From an uncultured Brevinematales bacterium (GTDB lineage Bacteria > Spirochaetota > Brevinematia > Brevinematales > CAYRWR01), in NCBI GenBank assembly GCA_964428015.1, contig CAYRWR010000019.1, forward strand, positions 503 to 64,502: DNA of 64,000 bases, written 5' to 3'. Positions 38,190 to 48,748 of the stretch are shown here, piece by piece. Position 1 is the stretch's first letter; each line of letters starts with the position of its first letter. The position numbers and the translations under genes are program-made. The notes under the pieces are model-generated. The model saw nothing but the letters and a program-made list of their open reading frames with translations. It was not told the DNA's origin and made no database searches.

Positions 38190-39305
38190 ATGGAATTTAA
38201 GGATATCGCCGCCTATCAGGATTCACTGGTACCCGGGTTTATTCGTCGGATTTTAGCCAGCAATCGGTTCAAGTCATTTCTGGACAAAATCCCTGCACTC
38301 CCCCAGCTCTTTAAAAAAGAAAGCAAACATGCCGTACTGGAAGGGTTGAAATCAATCCGCACAGTGGCGGATTTTCAAAAGCTCATGGCTTTTCTTCTCC
38401 ATGAAAATATTAAAGCAACTACAGACTCATTTACCTATGATGGGATTGAGAATCTTCCTGCAGACCAGGGGATGGTCCTTTTGTCTAATCACCGTTCCAT
38501 CGGACTGGATGCTGCCTATACTAATTACTGTTTTTTCCAGGAAGGCAGATCTACAGTTTATAATGGCTGCGGTGATAATATCATGAAGACCTCCTGGCTG
38601 GGACATCTCATCCGGATCAATAAAGGATTCGTGGTAAAACGCAATGTGTCTGACGTGGAAATGAAGCTCAATGAAATATCCCGGTTATCTCAATATATCA
38701 AAAGCCTGCTGGATGAACAGAAATCTATCTGGATTGCGCACCGGGGCGGCAGGGCCAAAGACGGCATAGATGCCACAGACAGCGTGGTACTGGCTATGCT
38801 GTACAAAGAAAGCGGACATACTGACTGGCATTCCTGGAGTGAAAACAATAATCTCATACCCCTCAGTATCTCCTGGGAGATCAGCCCCTGCGATATGATA
38901 CTGTCCCATGAACTGGCACAGGAGCATTACCGCAAGCCGATGCACCGTGACTTCAGCGATATCATGTCTGAAATCGGCAGCCAAAAAGGCAGAGTACATA
39001 TCCATTTTGGAGAAAGAGTCATCGGCAATAAAAGAAAAGAGATTGTGGAAAAACTGGACAGAGCAATACAGACCGGATATCGCCTCTGGGACGCCAACTG
39101 GCTGGCCTACAGCGAATCGGATGATTGCTCCCCGGAAGATGCTGTCTGGATACGGCAGAGGATTGATATGGATCGCGGACACAAAGTACTGGATCGTGGT
39201 TCAGTTCTGGAACCTGCGGCCCGGGAAAAGTTTCTGGCAATCTATTCCAATCCGGTCAGACAGGCACTCACCCATGTAGAGGGAGTACAGACTCTTTTAC
39301 CCTGA
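38190..39305 (+). CDS. PlsC/PlsB-like phospholipid/glycerol acyltransferase family protein
   Basis: Acyltransferase block LLSNHRSIGLDAAY and a downstream block IAHRGGRAKDG. Confidence 0.65.
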   Translation: MEFKDIAAYQDSLVPGFIRRILASNRFKSFLDKIPALPQLFKKESKHAVLEGLKSIRTVADFQKLMAFLLHENIKATTDSFTYDGIENLPADQGMVLLSNHRSIGLDAAYTNYCFFQEGRSTVYNGCGDNIMKTSWLGHLIRINKGFVVKRNVSDVEMKLNEISRLSQYIKSLLDEQKSIWIAHRGGRAKDGIDATDSVVLAMLYKESGHTDWHSWSENNNLIPLSISWEISPCDMILSHELAQEHYRKPMHRDFSDIMSEIGSQKGRVHIHFGERVIGNKRKEIVEKLDRAIQTGYRLWDANWLAYSESDDCSPEDAVWIRQRIDMDRGHKVLDRGSVLEPAAREKFLAIYSNPVRQALTHVEGVQTLLP

Positions 39306-39340
39306 AAATAAATTAACAAAAATTTCCGGGATATTTAACA

Positions 39341-39844
39341 ATGAAAGAATTAGTATTATTAAGACATGCCAAGTCGGACTGGTCGCAGTCCGGGTCACAG
39401 GATATTGACCGTAAACTAAATGAAAGGGGACAAGAGGACGCCCCCTTGATTGGACGTTTTCTGGAAAAAGCGGATCTGCTGCCTGATCTGGCCTATCTTT
39501 CTCCTGCACGCAGGGTTCAGGATACATGGAGTGGTATGGGTACTTCCTGGAAATACTCTATCCCATCAGAAATACTCAATCATCTCTATCTGGCTGCTCC
39601 TCAGGTAATTTATTCCGTAATTACACAATGTTCGTCTTCTATTGACAGACTTCTGGTCTTGGGACACAATCCCGGAATGGAAGAAACAGTTTCGCTGTTA
39701 TGCGGGCTGGAAGTAAATATAAAGATGTCAACCGCTGCTTTGGCTGTATTAAGCATTGAAAGTCCCAGTTGGGGGCTTATTCAGCCCGGCCAAATGACCC
39801 TGAGAGGCTTGTTCTATCCCAGGGCACTCAAAAAACTCTGCTAA
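39341..39844 (+). CDS. histidine phosphatase superfamily protein (SixA-like)
   Basis: Contains the LLRHAKSDW (RHA) motif and LGHNPGME. Confidence 0.75.
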   Translation: MKELVLLRHAKSDWSQSGSQDIDRKLNERGQEDAPLIGRFLEKADLLPDLAYLSPARRVQDTWSGMGTSWKYSIPSEILNHLYLAAPQVIYSVITQCSSSIDRLLVLGHNPGMEETVSLLCGLEVNIKMSTAALAVLSIESPSWGLIQPGQMTLRGLFYPRALKKLC

Positions 39845-39896
39845 ATTCACTTTTTTTCCGGTACCTTTCATATTCTGTTCAAAACCCATGCAAATA

Positions 39897-39925
39897 TTGA
39901 CACCTCATCTAATTAGGGCTAAGAT
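39897..39925 (+). promoter_or_regulatory. candidate sigma-70 promoter TTGACA-17-TAAGAT
   Basis: TTGACA at 39897-39902 and TAAGAT at 39920-39925 lie upstream of the AAGGAGG RBS of the alpha-2-macroglobulin gene. Confidence 0.4.
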
Positions 39926-39945
39926 AGTGCTTTAAGGAGGCGGAA

Positions 39946-42900
39946 ATGGCCAGGATCAGACGTTGGGGGATAGGTGTACTGTTGACCTTGGTGGGAATGT
40001 TTCTGCTCACCTGGGGTATAGTCCAGGCTGCCATGAAGGTGGTATTCATCCCGCCCGAAAAGGAGATGGAAGTCTCTACTCAGGTTGGTCAATACGGTGA
40101 ACTCAATCTTACTTTTTCAGACGCCGTGGTCAATCTGTCTGATTTTGATACCATGGTCAAAGACCTGGAAAAAAAGATCAAAATTACCATAAGTCCGAAG
40201 CTTAAAGGTCATCTGCGTCCTATTGACGACCGTAATGCCGCTTTTGTTTTTGATGAACGTCCCCAATTCTCAACCCGGTACACTGTATCAGTCAATGCCT
40301 CTGAAATCACGTCGCTGAGCGGAAGCAGAGTCAATACCAAAATAAACTATACTGACCTCAAAGATAACACATATATTTTACAGACTACCCGGTTCAGACT
40401 GGAAAGTGTTTATGGCAGTGAAGAACTCAAACCCACCATCACTGCCTATTTCAACCAGGAGGTATCCAGGCAATCTCTCCAGCAGGCACTGAAGATAAGC
40501 AGCTGGGGCAAGGAACATAGTTTTACACTACAGCCCTCAATATATACCAACACTGTACGGGAGACGATAGATACAGTGTACAAGACCGTGATTACCAATG
40601 AAAAAACCTGGTATATCCGTCCTCAGGGGCTGGAGCCTGCCATGCCTTACAACCTGGTGTTCAGCGCCGATATGATGGGTAAAGAAGGTAATCTGGGCCT
40701 GGAAAAAAATTACAGCAAGAATTTCCGGACCTATTATCCTCTCAAATTTATCGCATTCCGCTCCAGTACCTATGATAAACGCTATTACCCTGATTCCAGT
40801 ATCAGAATGGAATTCAATAATGAAATTAGCGAAACAAAAAGTAAATTTCGCCTGAGCAGCGAGCCGGCCATACCCAACCTGAAGTATTCCATAAGCGGCA
40901 GGCATGTTTATATCAACGGTGATTTTATCGGAGGACAGAGATACAAAATCACCGCAGAGTCGGACATTGTGGATATTTATGGTCAGACTCTCAAGGACTC
41001 TATTAGCATCAATGTGAGCTTTGATCATCTTCTATCCTATTTTGAAGTACCTACCGGTTACATGGTCATGGAATCCTATATGGAGAATATCCTTCCTGTG
41101 AAGATTCGGAATGTTTCCCGGTTTACTTTTACTCATCTGTATTTTTCCGATTTACAGGAAATGGTCAGCTTTTTAGCCAAAGATTACAGCGTCCGGGATA
41201 AGCTCCTGGATAACTCCCGTCAGGATAAATCGATTGATGTAGACTGGAAGTGGGACCGGTTTTACAATTTCCGCTATGATCTTTCCACACTCCTGAATAA
41301 AAAATCCGGGCTCCTGGTCTATAAAATAGACCCCATGCGGGAAAACCCGGGTCAGTATGATACCTATCCCAGCCGGGGTATGATCCTGCAGACCGATCTG
41401 GGAGTCAGTGTCAAAGCGTCTCCCTACCAGGTCCTGGTCTATGTCCGGCAGCTCAAGACTAACCAGCCTGTCAAAGACGCCAAAGTGTATACCGTGGTAG
41501 ACGGAATACTGAATCTCAAGGGGACTACTGACAACCGGGGTATTCTGCAGTATGACAATGATTCTGATCTTTACCCATTTATCGCGGTGGATTATCAGGG
41601 TTCCTTTGGTCTGAACTATTCTGCCTCCACCATCCGATGGGGCAGTGAATACAGTTACAATGAGACCAGGATACAACTGTTTACCGAAAGGTATCTGTAT
41701 AAAGCCGGAGAAAAAGTCGAGCTCAAAGGTATAGTGCGCTATCGGGCCGAGGATCAATGGATCATCAACGACAGCCGTAATGAAAATAAATACCAGTTTA
41801 CGGTCAAAAACAGCCGTGATGAAGAAGTCACTAATTTCCAGGCGTATTTTGACAGCTGGGGAGGCACCCATGCTACCATTTCACTGCCCCCTGATGCTCC
41901 CAATGGCTACTACTATGTCACGGCCTATTATAAAAATGATTACATCAGCTCGGTGAACTTCCGGGTGGAGGATTATAAACCAGCCAAAGCGGAAATGCGT
42001 ATCATCGCGCACGATTCCAGTTATCTGTGGGGGGATACCTTCAGCGGTGACCTTATCGGCTGGTATCTGTTTGGTGCCCCTGTTATCCGCCCCATCACTT
42101 ACAAAATTAATGTTGACCCGGCGTACTTCCACAGTAAAAAATATTCCAAATTCAGTTTTGGGGTAGACCGCTGGAATAATGAGGAGAGACGGGATTATTC
42201 CTTCACCCTGGATACCGGCACAGTTATGCCGGATAAACAGGGAAAGCTAACCGTAAAAGCCCTGCTGGAAAAAGCTGACTTCAAGGGAGACGCTACTATT
42301 ACCTTCTCGGGCTCCACAGTATTGGATGATAAATCCACAGTGTACGGTGCCCGCTCCGGGATCGATATTTTCAACCCGGTTCAGGTGGGTATCTTTATGG
42401 AAAACTATTTTGTGGACTCGGGCAAGCCCTTTAATGCTGAATTGATCGCCATCACCCCTAAAGATGAACTGTATTCCGGACAAAAGGTAAAAGTAGAAGT
42501 AGAACGCCAGGAATGGAAAAGTGTCCAGAAAGCCGGCGTCAACGGGCGTCTCAGCTGGGAATGGTTCCTGGATAAAAAGATAGTGGATACCCGTGATCTC
42601 AGTCTGGGACGCGAGACGGTGACTTTTACAGTAAAAGACCCGGGGTACTATGTGCTGCGCGTCAGGACTATGGTACGGGGACAGGAAGCGGTCAGCGAAA
42701 ACGGCTTTTATGTCATCGGCAGCGGAGAGTTCGGCTGGAAGATGGATGACAGCTATTACCTGGAGCTGGAAAGCGACAAACAGGAGTACCAGGTGGGTGA
42801 TCAGGCCCGCATTCTGGTCAAGAACCCCTATAAGACAGCTACTGCCGTAGTCACCTACGAAAGAGAAAAATTCCATGAAGTAAAACGTTTTGAAGTCAAA

Positions 42901-45540
42901 GATTCTATCTTTATTGTCCCGGTGGATGTCACGGAAGAATTTATCCCCAATATGTATGTCAGTGTGATGCTGTATTCCGGTCGTACCGGTAAGAATCAGC
43001 TGGATGAATGGGGTGAAGATATCGCCCGTCCCAGCTTCCGCTCCGGCTATATCAATCTGAGTGTGGTACCCAGGCAGAAAAAGCTGGCCATCGCTATCAC
43101 CAGTGACAAAGCCAAATATGAACCCGGACAGAAAGCCCAGGTTACCGTGGATCTCAAAGATTATCAGGGCCGCCCCGTGGAGGGAGAAGTGGTCCTGGCC
43201 GTGGTGGACAAAGGAGTCCTGAACCTGGTCAATTACCGCATGCCTGATCCTTTGACATACTTCTATGCTAACCGGTCTCTGGCGGTAACTACCCGGGAAA
43301 TGACTGAGCTGATCTACGGCCAGCGCTATCTGGCTGAAAAAGGAGAAGTCATTGGGGGAGACGGAGAAGAAGATTCCCGAAATGAAGGCGGCAAGGACGG
43401 CATGCTGGTGCCTCGCAGTAATTTCAAGACTACCGCCTTTTATGAAGCCCGTTTGAAAATCAGTAAAGGCCAGAAGGGAAAGGTGAGTTTTACCATCCCC
43501 GATAATCTGACTTCTTTTGTGATCATGGCTGTGGCCTATACCAAGTCCAGTCAATTCGGCGCCGGTGACCAGGAATTTGCGGTGTCCAAACCCCTGATGC
43601 TGCTGCCCACCCTGCCTCAGTTCATACGAATAATGGATGAGATGGAAGCCGGAGGTATGGTGTACAATTACAGTGGAAAAGACCAGGATATCAAAGTCAC
43701 ACTGGAGGCGGAAAATCCCATCGAATTCAAGGGTCAGGCTTCTCAGACTATAAAAGTACCCAACAACGGATCAGCCGAGATCAAATTCCGCTTTAAACTG
43801 CCTAATACCGTAAAGAAAGAACTGAAATTTACTCTGACCGCTAAAGCAGGCTCTTTCAGTGACGGATTGGTCCAGATCGTGCCGGTCAAGATGCCCAAGA
43901 CCTATGAGACTACCGCCCTGTACAAGACTACCACAGGTACGATTAATGAAAAGATCAAACTGGGTGAAAATATCTGGAAGGAGATGAGCCGGGTCGAACT
44001 CAGCCTTTCCCCTTCCGCCTTTACTGAGCTCAAGGGCAGCGTGGACTATCTCATCGAGTACCCCTACGGCTGTTTGGAACAAAGAGCCAGCCAGATACTG
44101 CCCCTCCTCTTGGGCGAATCAGTCATTGTCAAACAAGGTCTGCTCGATTTTAAAACCTCCAAAGAGCTGCGTGAATTGGTACAGTCCGTATTGGATCTCT
44201 TCCCTAAGTATTACGGCAGTCAGGGATTTACCTATTATCCTTCCGGATATGGGCCTAATCCCTACCTTACTGTCTATGCCAGCTTTATTCTGAGCGTGGC
44301 CAGGGAAAAAGGGTATGCTGTTAACCAGTCTACCCTGGACAAAGCCCTGACCCTGGTCAAGGACATCGCGCGGGGTAAAGGGGATTTCCGCAGTAAATGG
44401 GACTACAGCAGCTACTACTCTCTGTTAACCAGGGCTTACGCGCTGTATGTCTCATCACTTAATGGTTATCAGGATGTGCCGGTACTGAAGCGCCTCCAGC
44501 TGGAGCTCAAGGAAAAACAGCCCGACAATCTCACAGCCTGGGCTTATCTCCTCAAGACCCTGTCCCGCTACAAGTCTTTCCCGGGAGATAAGGAAATCAG
44601 AGCCCAGCTCGAAAAAGCTATTTTGGACCGTGCCCGGGTAGAGGCTCAGACCCTGTATTTTGAAGGCTACAACAACTGGGGATGGTTCTATTATGACAGT
44701 GTCATCACTACCGCTGTCAGCCTGCAGGCTCTGCTGGAAGCAGGCAGTGAATTCAATGACAGTTATAAAGTCATCCGCTGGCTGATAAGAGCACGGGAAA
44801 CTTCGCACTGGAATACGACTCATGACAATGCCATGGTCTTCTACGCTATGTCCACCTACCTGGATAAATTTGAAAAAGAAGATCCAAAATTCCTGGCCAC
44901 AGTCAAGGTAGACGGCTATACTCTGATCCGTCAGATGTTCGAGAAGCGTACCGATCCGGTATTCAACAAAGGTTTCCGTATCAAAGAGGATGTGAAGGAT
45001 GACCTGGACTTTGAAATCACCCGGGCCGGGCAGGGGACTCTGTACTACCTGATCCAGTACCAGTACCTGCTAAAGAGTTATCCGCCCCGTCGTGACGCCG
45101 GCTTCTCACTGGAGAAAAAGGTCTATGACTATAACAGTGGAAAAGAAGTTAAAGATAATATCTTTAAACGGGGTCAGCGCTATATTGTGAAAATAAAGAT
45201 TTTTACACCCAAAGACCGGACCTTCGCTGTGGTGAATGACGCCCTGCCTTCAGGATTTGAACCGGTCAATCTGGATTTTGCTACAGAAGAAAATGAGAAC
45301 AATGTAGACACCGGTACATCCAGTGACTGGTGGTGGGGGAGCTTCTACCACACCGAACAGTACAAGGACAAAGTCCTGTTTATGTCGGATTATCTGCGCC
45401 GGGGAAATCACGAGCTGACCTATGTGGTAAGGGCAGTCAATAACGGTATCTTCCAGGTACCCCAGCTCAAGGCTGAAGAAATGTACGCCCCGGAAGTGTT
45501 TGGCTACCTCTATCAGCCCGATGTCAGGATAGAAGATTAA
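39946..45540 (+). CDS. bacterial alpha-2-macroglobulin family protein, membrane anchored, thioester motif intact
   Basis: 1864 aa with an N-terminal TM helix and repeated MG-like beta-sandwich regions. The thioester site is YPYGCLEQRAS. C-terminal receptor-binding-like domain. Confidence 0.92.
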   Translation: MARIRRWGIGVLLTLVGMFLLTWGIVQAAMKVVFIPPEKEMEVSTQVGQYGELNLTFSDAVVNLSDFDTMVKDLEKKIKITISPKLKGHLRPIDDRNAAFVFDERPQFSTRYTVSVNASEITSLSGSRVNTKINYTDLKDNTYILQTTRFRLESVYGSEELKPTITAYFNQEVSRQSLQQALKISSWGKEHSFTLQPSIYTNTVRETIDTVYKTVITNEKTWYIRPQGLEPAMPYNLVFSADMMGKEGNLGLEKNYSKNFRTYYPLKFIAFRSSTYDKRYYPDSSIRMEFNNEISETKSKFRLSSEPAIPNLKYSISGRHVYINGDFIGGQRYKITAESDIVDIYGQTLKDSISINVSFDHLLSYFEVPTGYMVMESYMENILPVKIRNVSRFTFTHLYFSDLQEMVSFLAKDYSVRDKLLDNSRQDKSIDVDWKWDRFYNFRYDLSTLLNKKSGLLVYKIDPMRENPGQYDTYPSRGMILQTDLGVSVKASPYQVLVYVRQLKTNQPVKDAKVYTVVDGILNLKGTTDNRGILQYDNDSDLYPFIAVDYQGSFGLNYSASTIRWGSEYSYNETRIQLFTERYLYKAGEKVELKGIVRYRAEDQWIINDSRNENKYQFTVKNSRDEEVTNFQAYFDSWGGTHATISLPPDAPNGYYYVTAYYKNDYISSVNFRVEDYKPAKAEMRIIAHDSSYLWGDTFSGDLIGWYLFGAPVIRPITYKINVDPAYFHSKKYSKFSFGVDRWNNEERRDYSFTLDTGTVMPDKQGKLTVKALLEKADFKGDATITFSGSTVLDDKSTVYGARSGIDIFNPVQVGIFMENYFVDSGKPFNAELIAITPKDELYSGQKVKVEVERQEWKSVQKAGVNGRLSWEWFLDKKIVDTRDLSLGRETVTFTVKDPGYYVLRVRTMVRGQEAVSENGFYVIGSGEFGWKMDDSYYLELESDKQEYQVGDQARILVKNPYKTATAVVTYEREKFHEVKRFEVKDSIFIVPVDVTEEFIPNMYVSVMLYSGRTGKNQLDEWGEDIARPSFRSGYINLSVVPRQKKLAIAITSDKAKYEPGQKAQVTVDLKDYQGRPVEGEVVLAVVDKGVLNLVNYRMPDPLTYFYANRSLAVTTREMTELIYGQRYLAEKGEVIGGDGEEDSRNEGGKDGMLVPRSNFKTTAFYEARLKISKGQKGKVSFTIPDNLTSFVIMAVAYTKSSQFGAGDQEFAVSKPLMLLPTLPQFIRIMDEMEAGGMVYNYSGKDQDIKVTLEAENPIEFKGQASQTIKVPNNGSAEIKFRFKLPNTVKKELKFTLTAKAGSFSDGLVQIVPVKMPKTYETTALYKTTTGTINEKIKLGENIWKEMSRVELSLSPSAFTELKGSVDYLIEYPYGCLEQRASQILPLLLGESVIVKQGLLDFKTSKELRELVQSVLDLFPKYYGSQGFTYYPSGYGPNPYLTVYASFILSVAREKGYAVNQSTLDKALTLVKDIARGKGDFRSKWDYSSYYSLLTRAYALYVSSLNGYQDVPVLKRLQLELKEKQPDNLTAWAYLLKTLSRYKSFPGDKEIRAQLEKAILDRARVEAQTLYFEGYNNWGWFYYDSVITTAVSLQALLEAGSEFNDSYKVIRWLIRARETSHWNTTHDNAMVFYAMSTYLDKFEKEDPKFLATVKVDGYTLIRQMFEKRTDPVFNKGFRIKEDVKDDLDFEITRAGQGTLYYLIQYQYLLKSYPPRRDAGFSLEKKVYDYNSGKEVKDNIFKRGQRYIVKIKIFTPKDRTFAVVNDALPSGFEPVNLDFATEENENNVDTGTSSDWWWGSFYHTEQYKDKVLFMSDYLRRGNHELTYVVRAVNNGIFQVPQLKAEEMYAPEVFGYLYQPDVRIED

Positions 45541-45552
45541 TACAATCGATAA

Positions 45553-45584
45553 AGAGGGTGTCTGTTCAGACACCCTCTTTTTTA
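45553..45584 (+). terminator. rho-independent terminator
   Basis: The hairpin AGAGGGTGTCT-loop-AGACACCCTCT is followed by T6. Confidence 0.85.
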
Positions 45585-45648
45585 AGAAAGTAAATACCCG
45601 TAAGGGAATGGTGGTCTATATCAGCAAAGATTAGGGGAAAGGTAAAGT

Positions 45649-46860
45649 ATGGCCTGTAAATGCAGATTCAGAAACCTGATGAAAAAATCAAATGTGGCTT
45701 TTATCCCGGACCGGACGGTATATCTGGATTATAACGCCACTACACCGGTAGATCCGGGGGTAATAGGTGCCCTGGACGCATCCTGCCGGAGGGGGTGGGG
45801 TAATCCCTCCAGTCTGCATAGCTGCGGTATCCAGGCCCTGGATCAGATTGACAAGGACCGCGTCCTCATAGCGGATTTGCTGGACATAGACCCGGAGGGA
45901 ATTCATTTTTGTTCCAGCGGTTCGGAGGCCCTCCATGCCGGTATTTTTGGTGTGTATCAAAGAAACAGAGACAGGGTGATAGTGTCTACTACGGTGGAGC
46001 ACCCGGCTGTGTCCCGTCCTCTGCGCCATCTCAGGGCCGCGGGAGCCCAGGTTCACTTCCTGGCTGTGGATGGTGAAGGCAGGCTGGACCCGGAATTATT
46101 AGAGCGGACTTTGTCCCGATACCCCCAAACACTCCTGGTCTATTCGCCGGTCAATCATGAGACTGGGGCCATACAACCCGTGAGGGAAATCCACCAGGCT
46201 GCCGCCGGTCATGACTGCCTGATCTTTCTGGACGGGGTACAGGCTCTGGCGCGTTTGGAGCCCAGGGAATGGAGTCCGTATTGCGATCTCTTCGCGGCAA
46301 GCGGACATAAGATCCATGCCCCCAAAGGCACAGCTTTATTATGGAAGCGTCCTGATTTGAAAATACGTCCTTTCCGTTTTGGCGGCCATCAGGAGGGATC
46401 TCTTTTCCCCGGGACGGAAAATACCCCTGGAATCGCGGCTTTGTCCCGGGCGGTTCAACTGCATGCGGCTGCTTTCAGAGAAGAACAGCACAGACTCCAG
46501 GTGCTGGACAAAGAACTGCAGGATATTCTGGAACGCCAGGGGGTAGACTGCGTCATGCTATCACTCCCCCGTCGGGCTGCCGGAGTACTCAATTTCAGCC
46601 TGCCCTGGGTGCAGGATATGGAAGAGCTGTTACTGGAGCTGAACCAGCAGAAGATCTGTATCAGCCGGTTTTCTGCCTGTGCCAACCGTGTGGATGGCCC
46701 ATCCCGGGTCCTCAGCGCCATGGGTGTACCTCTGGAGCGGGCGGCTACTTCTCTGCGGGTAGCCCTGGGCAGATTCAGTAAAAGGGAAGATCTTTACTAT
46801 CTGGCACGGGTCTTGAGCGAATTGCAGAAGAAGCAAAGGGACAGTGCAGGGAAGAGTTGA
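45649..46860 (+). CDS. class V aminotransferase, NifS/IscS-like cysteine desulfurase
   Basis: YLDYNATTPVDP, the PLP lysine in SGHKIHAPKG and a candidate active-site Cys in FSACAN. ATG 45679 is an alternative start. Confidence 0.82.
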   Translation: MACKCRFRNLMKKSNVAFIPDRTVYLDYNATTPVDPGVIGALDASCRRGWGNPSSLHSCGIQALDQIDKDRVLIADLLDIDPEGIHFCSSGSEALHAGIFGVYQRNRDRVIVSTTVEHPAVSRPLRHLRAAGAQVHFLAVDGEGRLDPELLERTLSRYPQTLLVYSPVNHETGAIQPVREIHQAAAGHDCLIFLDGVQALARLEPREWSPYCDLFAASGHKIHAPKGTALLWKRPDLKIRPFRFGGHQEGSLFPGTENTPGIAALSRAVQLHAAAFREEQHRLQVLDKELQDILERQGVDCVMLSLPRRAAGVLNFSLPWVQDMEELLLELNQQKICISRFSACANRVDGPSRVLSAMGVPLERAATSLRVALGRFSKREDLYYLARVLSELQKKQRDSAGKS

Positions 46861-46924
46861 AACACCACAGTTCCGCTAATCATTTTTTTTGAGATAGATA
46901 GCTGAAATTTTTAATGGCAAAAGA

Positions 46925-47464
46925 TTAATGAATCCACTGAACCATTTCTCTGCGTTTGATGGCCACCCAGCTCAACAGCACACCCGCTGCCAGAAATCCC
47001 AGTCCCAGCACAAAGCCTTTTCGATAGCTGCGGGCATCAAACCCGGGAATAAGTACCGCAGATGCGGGATGGTCATGGTCATACCACACTGTTACCGCCG
47101 AATTTTCCCGGAGTGTCAGGTACAGCTCATTGAGGTCGTTATCGTCCAGTCCATACAGGGCCACCCGGCTGTTTTCATATACCCGCCCATCCACAGTATA
47201 AGTATAGATAAAATTCCACCAGGTCTCTCTTTTCCAGCTTTTCAGGGTGAGGGTAGGGCGGCTGAATTTGTCAACAGTCTGGACCTGCCCCGCTACCTGG
47301 TCCCACTGCCGTACCCGGACATAGTCGCGGTACTGCAGCAGAAAGAGCAATGTCGTCAGTAAAAGTGGTACGGCACAGATAATACCAGCTAAGAGCAGTG
47401 CTTCTGCGTTTTTAGAAAGAATACCGGAAGGTGAAGTCCGGTCTTGATATTCAGACAGGCGCAA
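46925..47464 (-). CDS. DUF3592-like membrane protein
   Basis: N- and C-terminal TM helices flank a beta-rich domain with FIYTYTVDGRVYENSRV. TTG start 13 nt after the dnaN stop. Start uncertain. Confidence 0.5.
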   Translation of the reverse strand: MRLSEYQDRTSPSGILSKNAEALLLAGIICAVPLLLTTLLFLLQYRDYVRVRQWDQVAGQVQTVDKFSRPTLTLKSWKRETWWNFIYTYTVDGRVYENSRVALYGLDDNDLNELYLTLRENSAVTVWYDHDHPASAVLIPGFDARSYRKGFVLGLGFLAAGVLLSWVAIKRREMVQWIH

Positions 47465-47477
47465 GAGCTAAAAATTC

Positions 47478-48602
47478 TCAGTCGTTCAGCTTCATGGGCA
47501 TGGTGATATAAATGAACTGGTCGTCCCCGATCACTTTGAGCATCACCGGGCTGGACTGACTGTTCACTACCATCTCGATTTTCTTACCGGCTATGACCTT
47601 GAGATAGTCGATCAGAGAACGGAAGTTGATAGCTATGGAAATTTCGCTGCCCTTGTAGTCTACGGTCAAATCCTGTCGGGCTACTCCATAAATGGGGTGA
47701 GCGGTGGCTATAGACAGCACATTGTCTTTGAGAGTCAGTTTGATCTTGCCGGACTCCGGATCGGAGATCACGGATACGGTTTCCACCGCGGCCAGGAAGA
47801 CATCAGATTCCAGAGTAGCTTTGTTGATCTGCTCCCCGGGGATCACGTCTTTATAATTGGGAAATTTACCTTCTACCAGATTGGCGAAAATATAGACATT
47901 ACCGATCTTGAAAAAGGCCTGATTGTTGTGTACAGCCAGCTGGACGTCACCGGTATGCAGGATGCCGTGGATGGTCTTGAATATTTTCTGGGGGATGATG
48001 ATCCCGGTTTCCACTTTACCTTCTTTTTCTTCGTATTCACGGGTGATCACCGACAGGCGCTTGCCGTCTGTGGTCACGAAGCTCAAAAAGCCGTCCACCG
48101 ATTCTTCGATATAGGTACCGGTAAAGGCAGATTTGGCCAGGTCTCCGGACACGGCGTATTCAGTGGCCCGGATCTGTTCTTCCATGGTCTCCTGGGCGAT
48201 CTTGATGTAGCTCTCCCAGTTAAATTCATTGAACACCGGGTAGGCGTCCGCAGACACCCCATTGAGATGAAACAGGGGGTTATCCTGTCCTTCGGGATGG
48301 ACCTGGATCTCATTGTCATTATCTGATTTGGATTCAAATACGATCTTATCGCCGGGCATGCGCCGTACCACTTCCAGGAGTTTCTTGGACAGCAGACTTA
48401 CCTTACCGGCAGTTTCCACTATACCGGCAGCTTCCACTTTGACTCCGTGTTCGCCGTTGTAGCTCAGGAGGATGATGCTGCCGTCAGCCTGGGCCTCAAT
48501 GTAGACATTCAGCAGGATAGCCAGGGGGCTCTTCACATTGATAATGGAATCAGCCGCGGTCAGGTTCTGTATAAATTCGTCCCGGTTGACTATAAATTTC
48601 AT
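47478..48602 (-). CDS. dnaN: DNA polymerase III beta sliding clamp
   Basis: MKFIVNRDEFIQNL, the three-domain length (374 aa) and the C-terminal MPMKL are typical of DnaN. GGAG lies 8 nt upstream of ATG 48602. Confidence 0.93.
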   Translation of the reverse strand: MKFIVNRDEFIQNLTAADSIINVKSPLAILLNVYIEAQADGSIILLSYNGEHGVKVEAAGIVETAGKVSLLSKKLLEVVRRMPGDKIVFESKSDNDNEIQVHPEGQDNPLFHLNGVSADAYPVFNEFNWESYIKIAQETMEEQIRATEYAVSGDLAKSAFTGTYIEESVDGFLSFVTTDGKRLSVITREYEEKEGKVETGIIIPQKIFKTIHGILHTGDVQLAVHNNQAFFKIGNVYIFANLVEGKFPNYKDVIPGEQINKATLESDVFLAAVETVSVISDPESGKIKLTLKDNVLSIATAHPIYGVARQDLTVDYKGSEISIAINFRSLIDYLKVIAGKKIEMVVNSQSSPVMLKVIGDDQFIYITMPMKLND

Positions 48603-48748
48603 GCAACACTCCACGATACGATTTGGAACATTTTAACGAATCCCCTCTGTTATTGCAAATTTATTCTATAAACATCAATGAATTAACGACACGGCATCGC
48701 TTTTTTCCACTTATCCTCCGAAGTGGTGCCTGCCCTTGGTCAGGGCAG

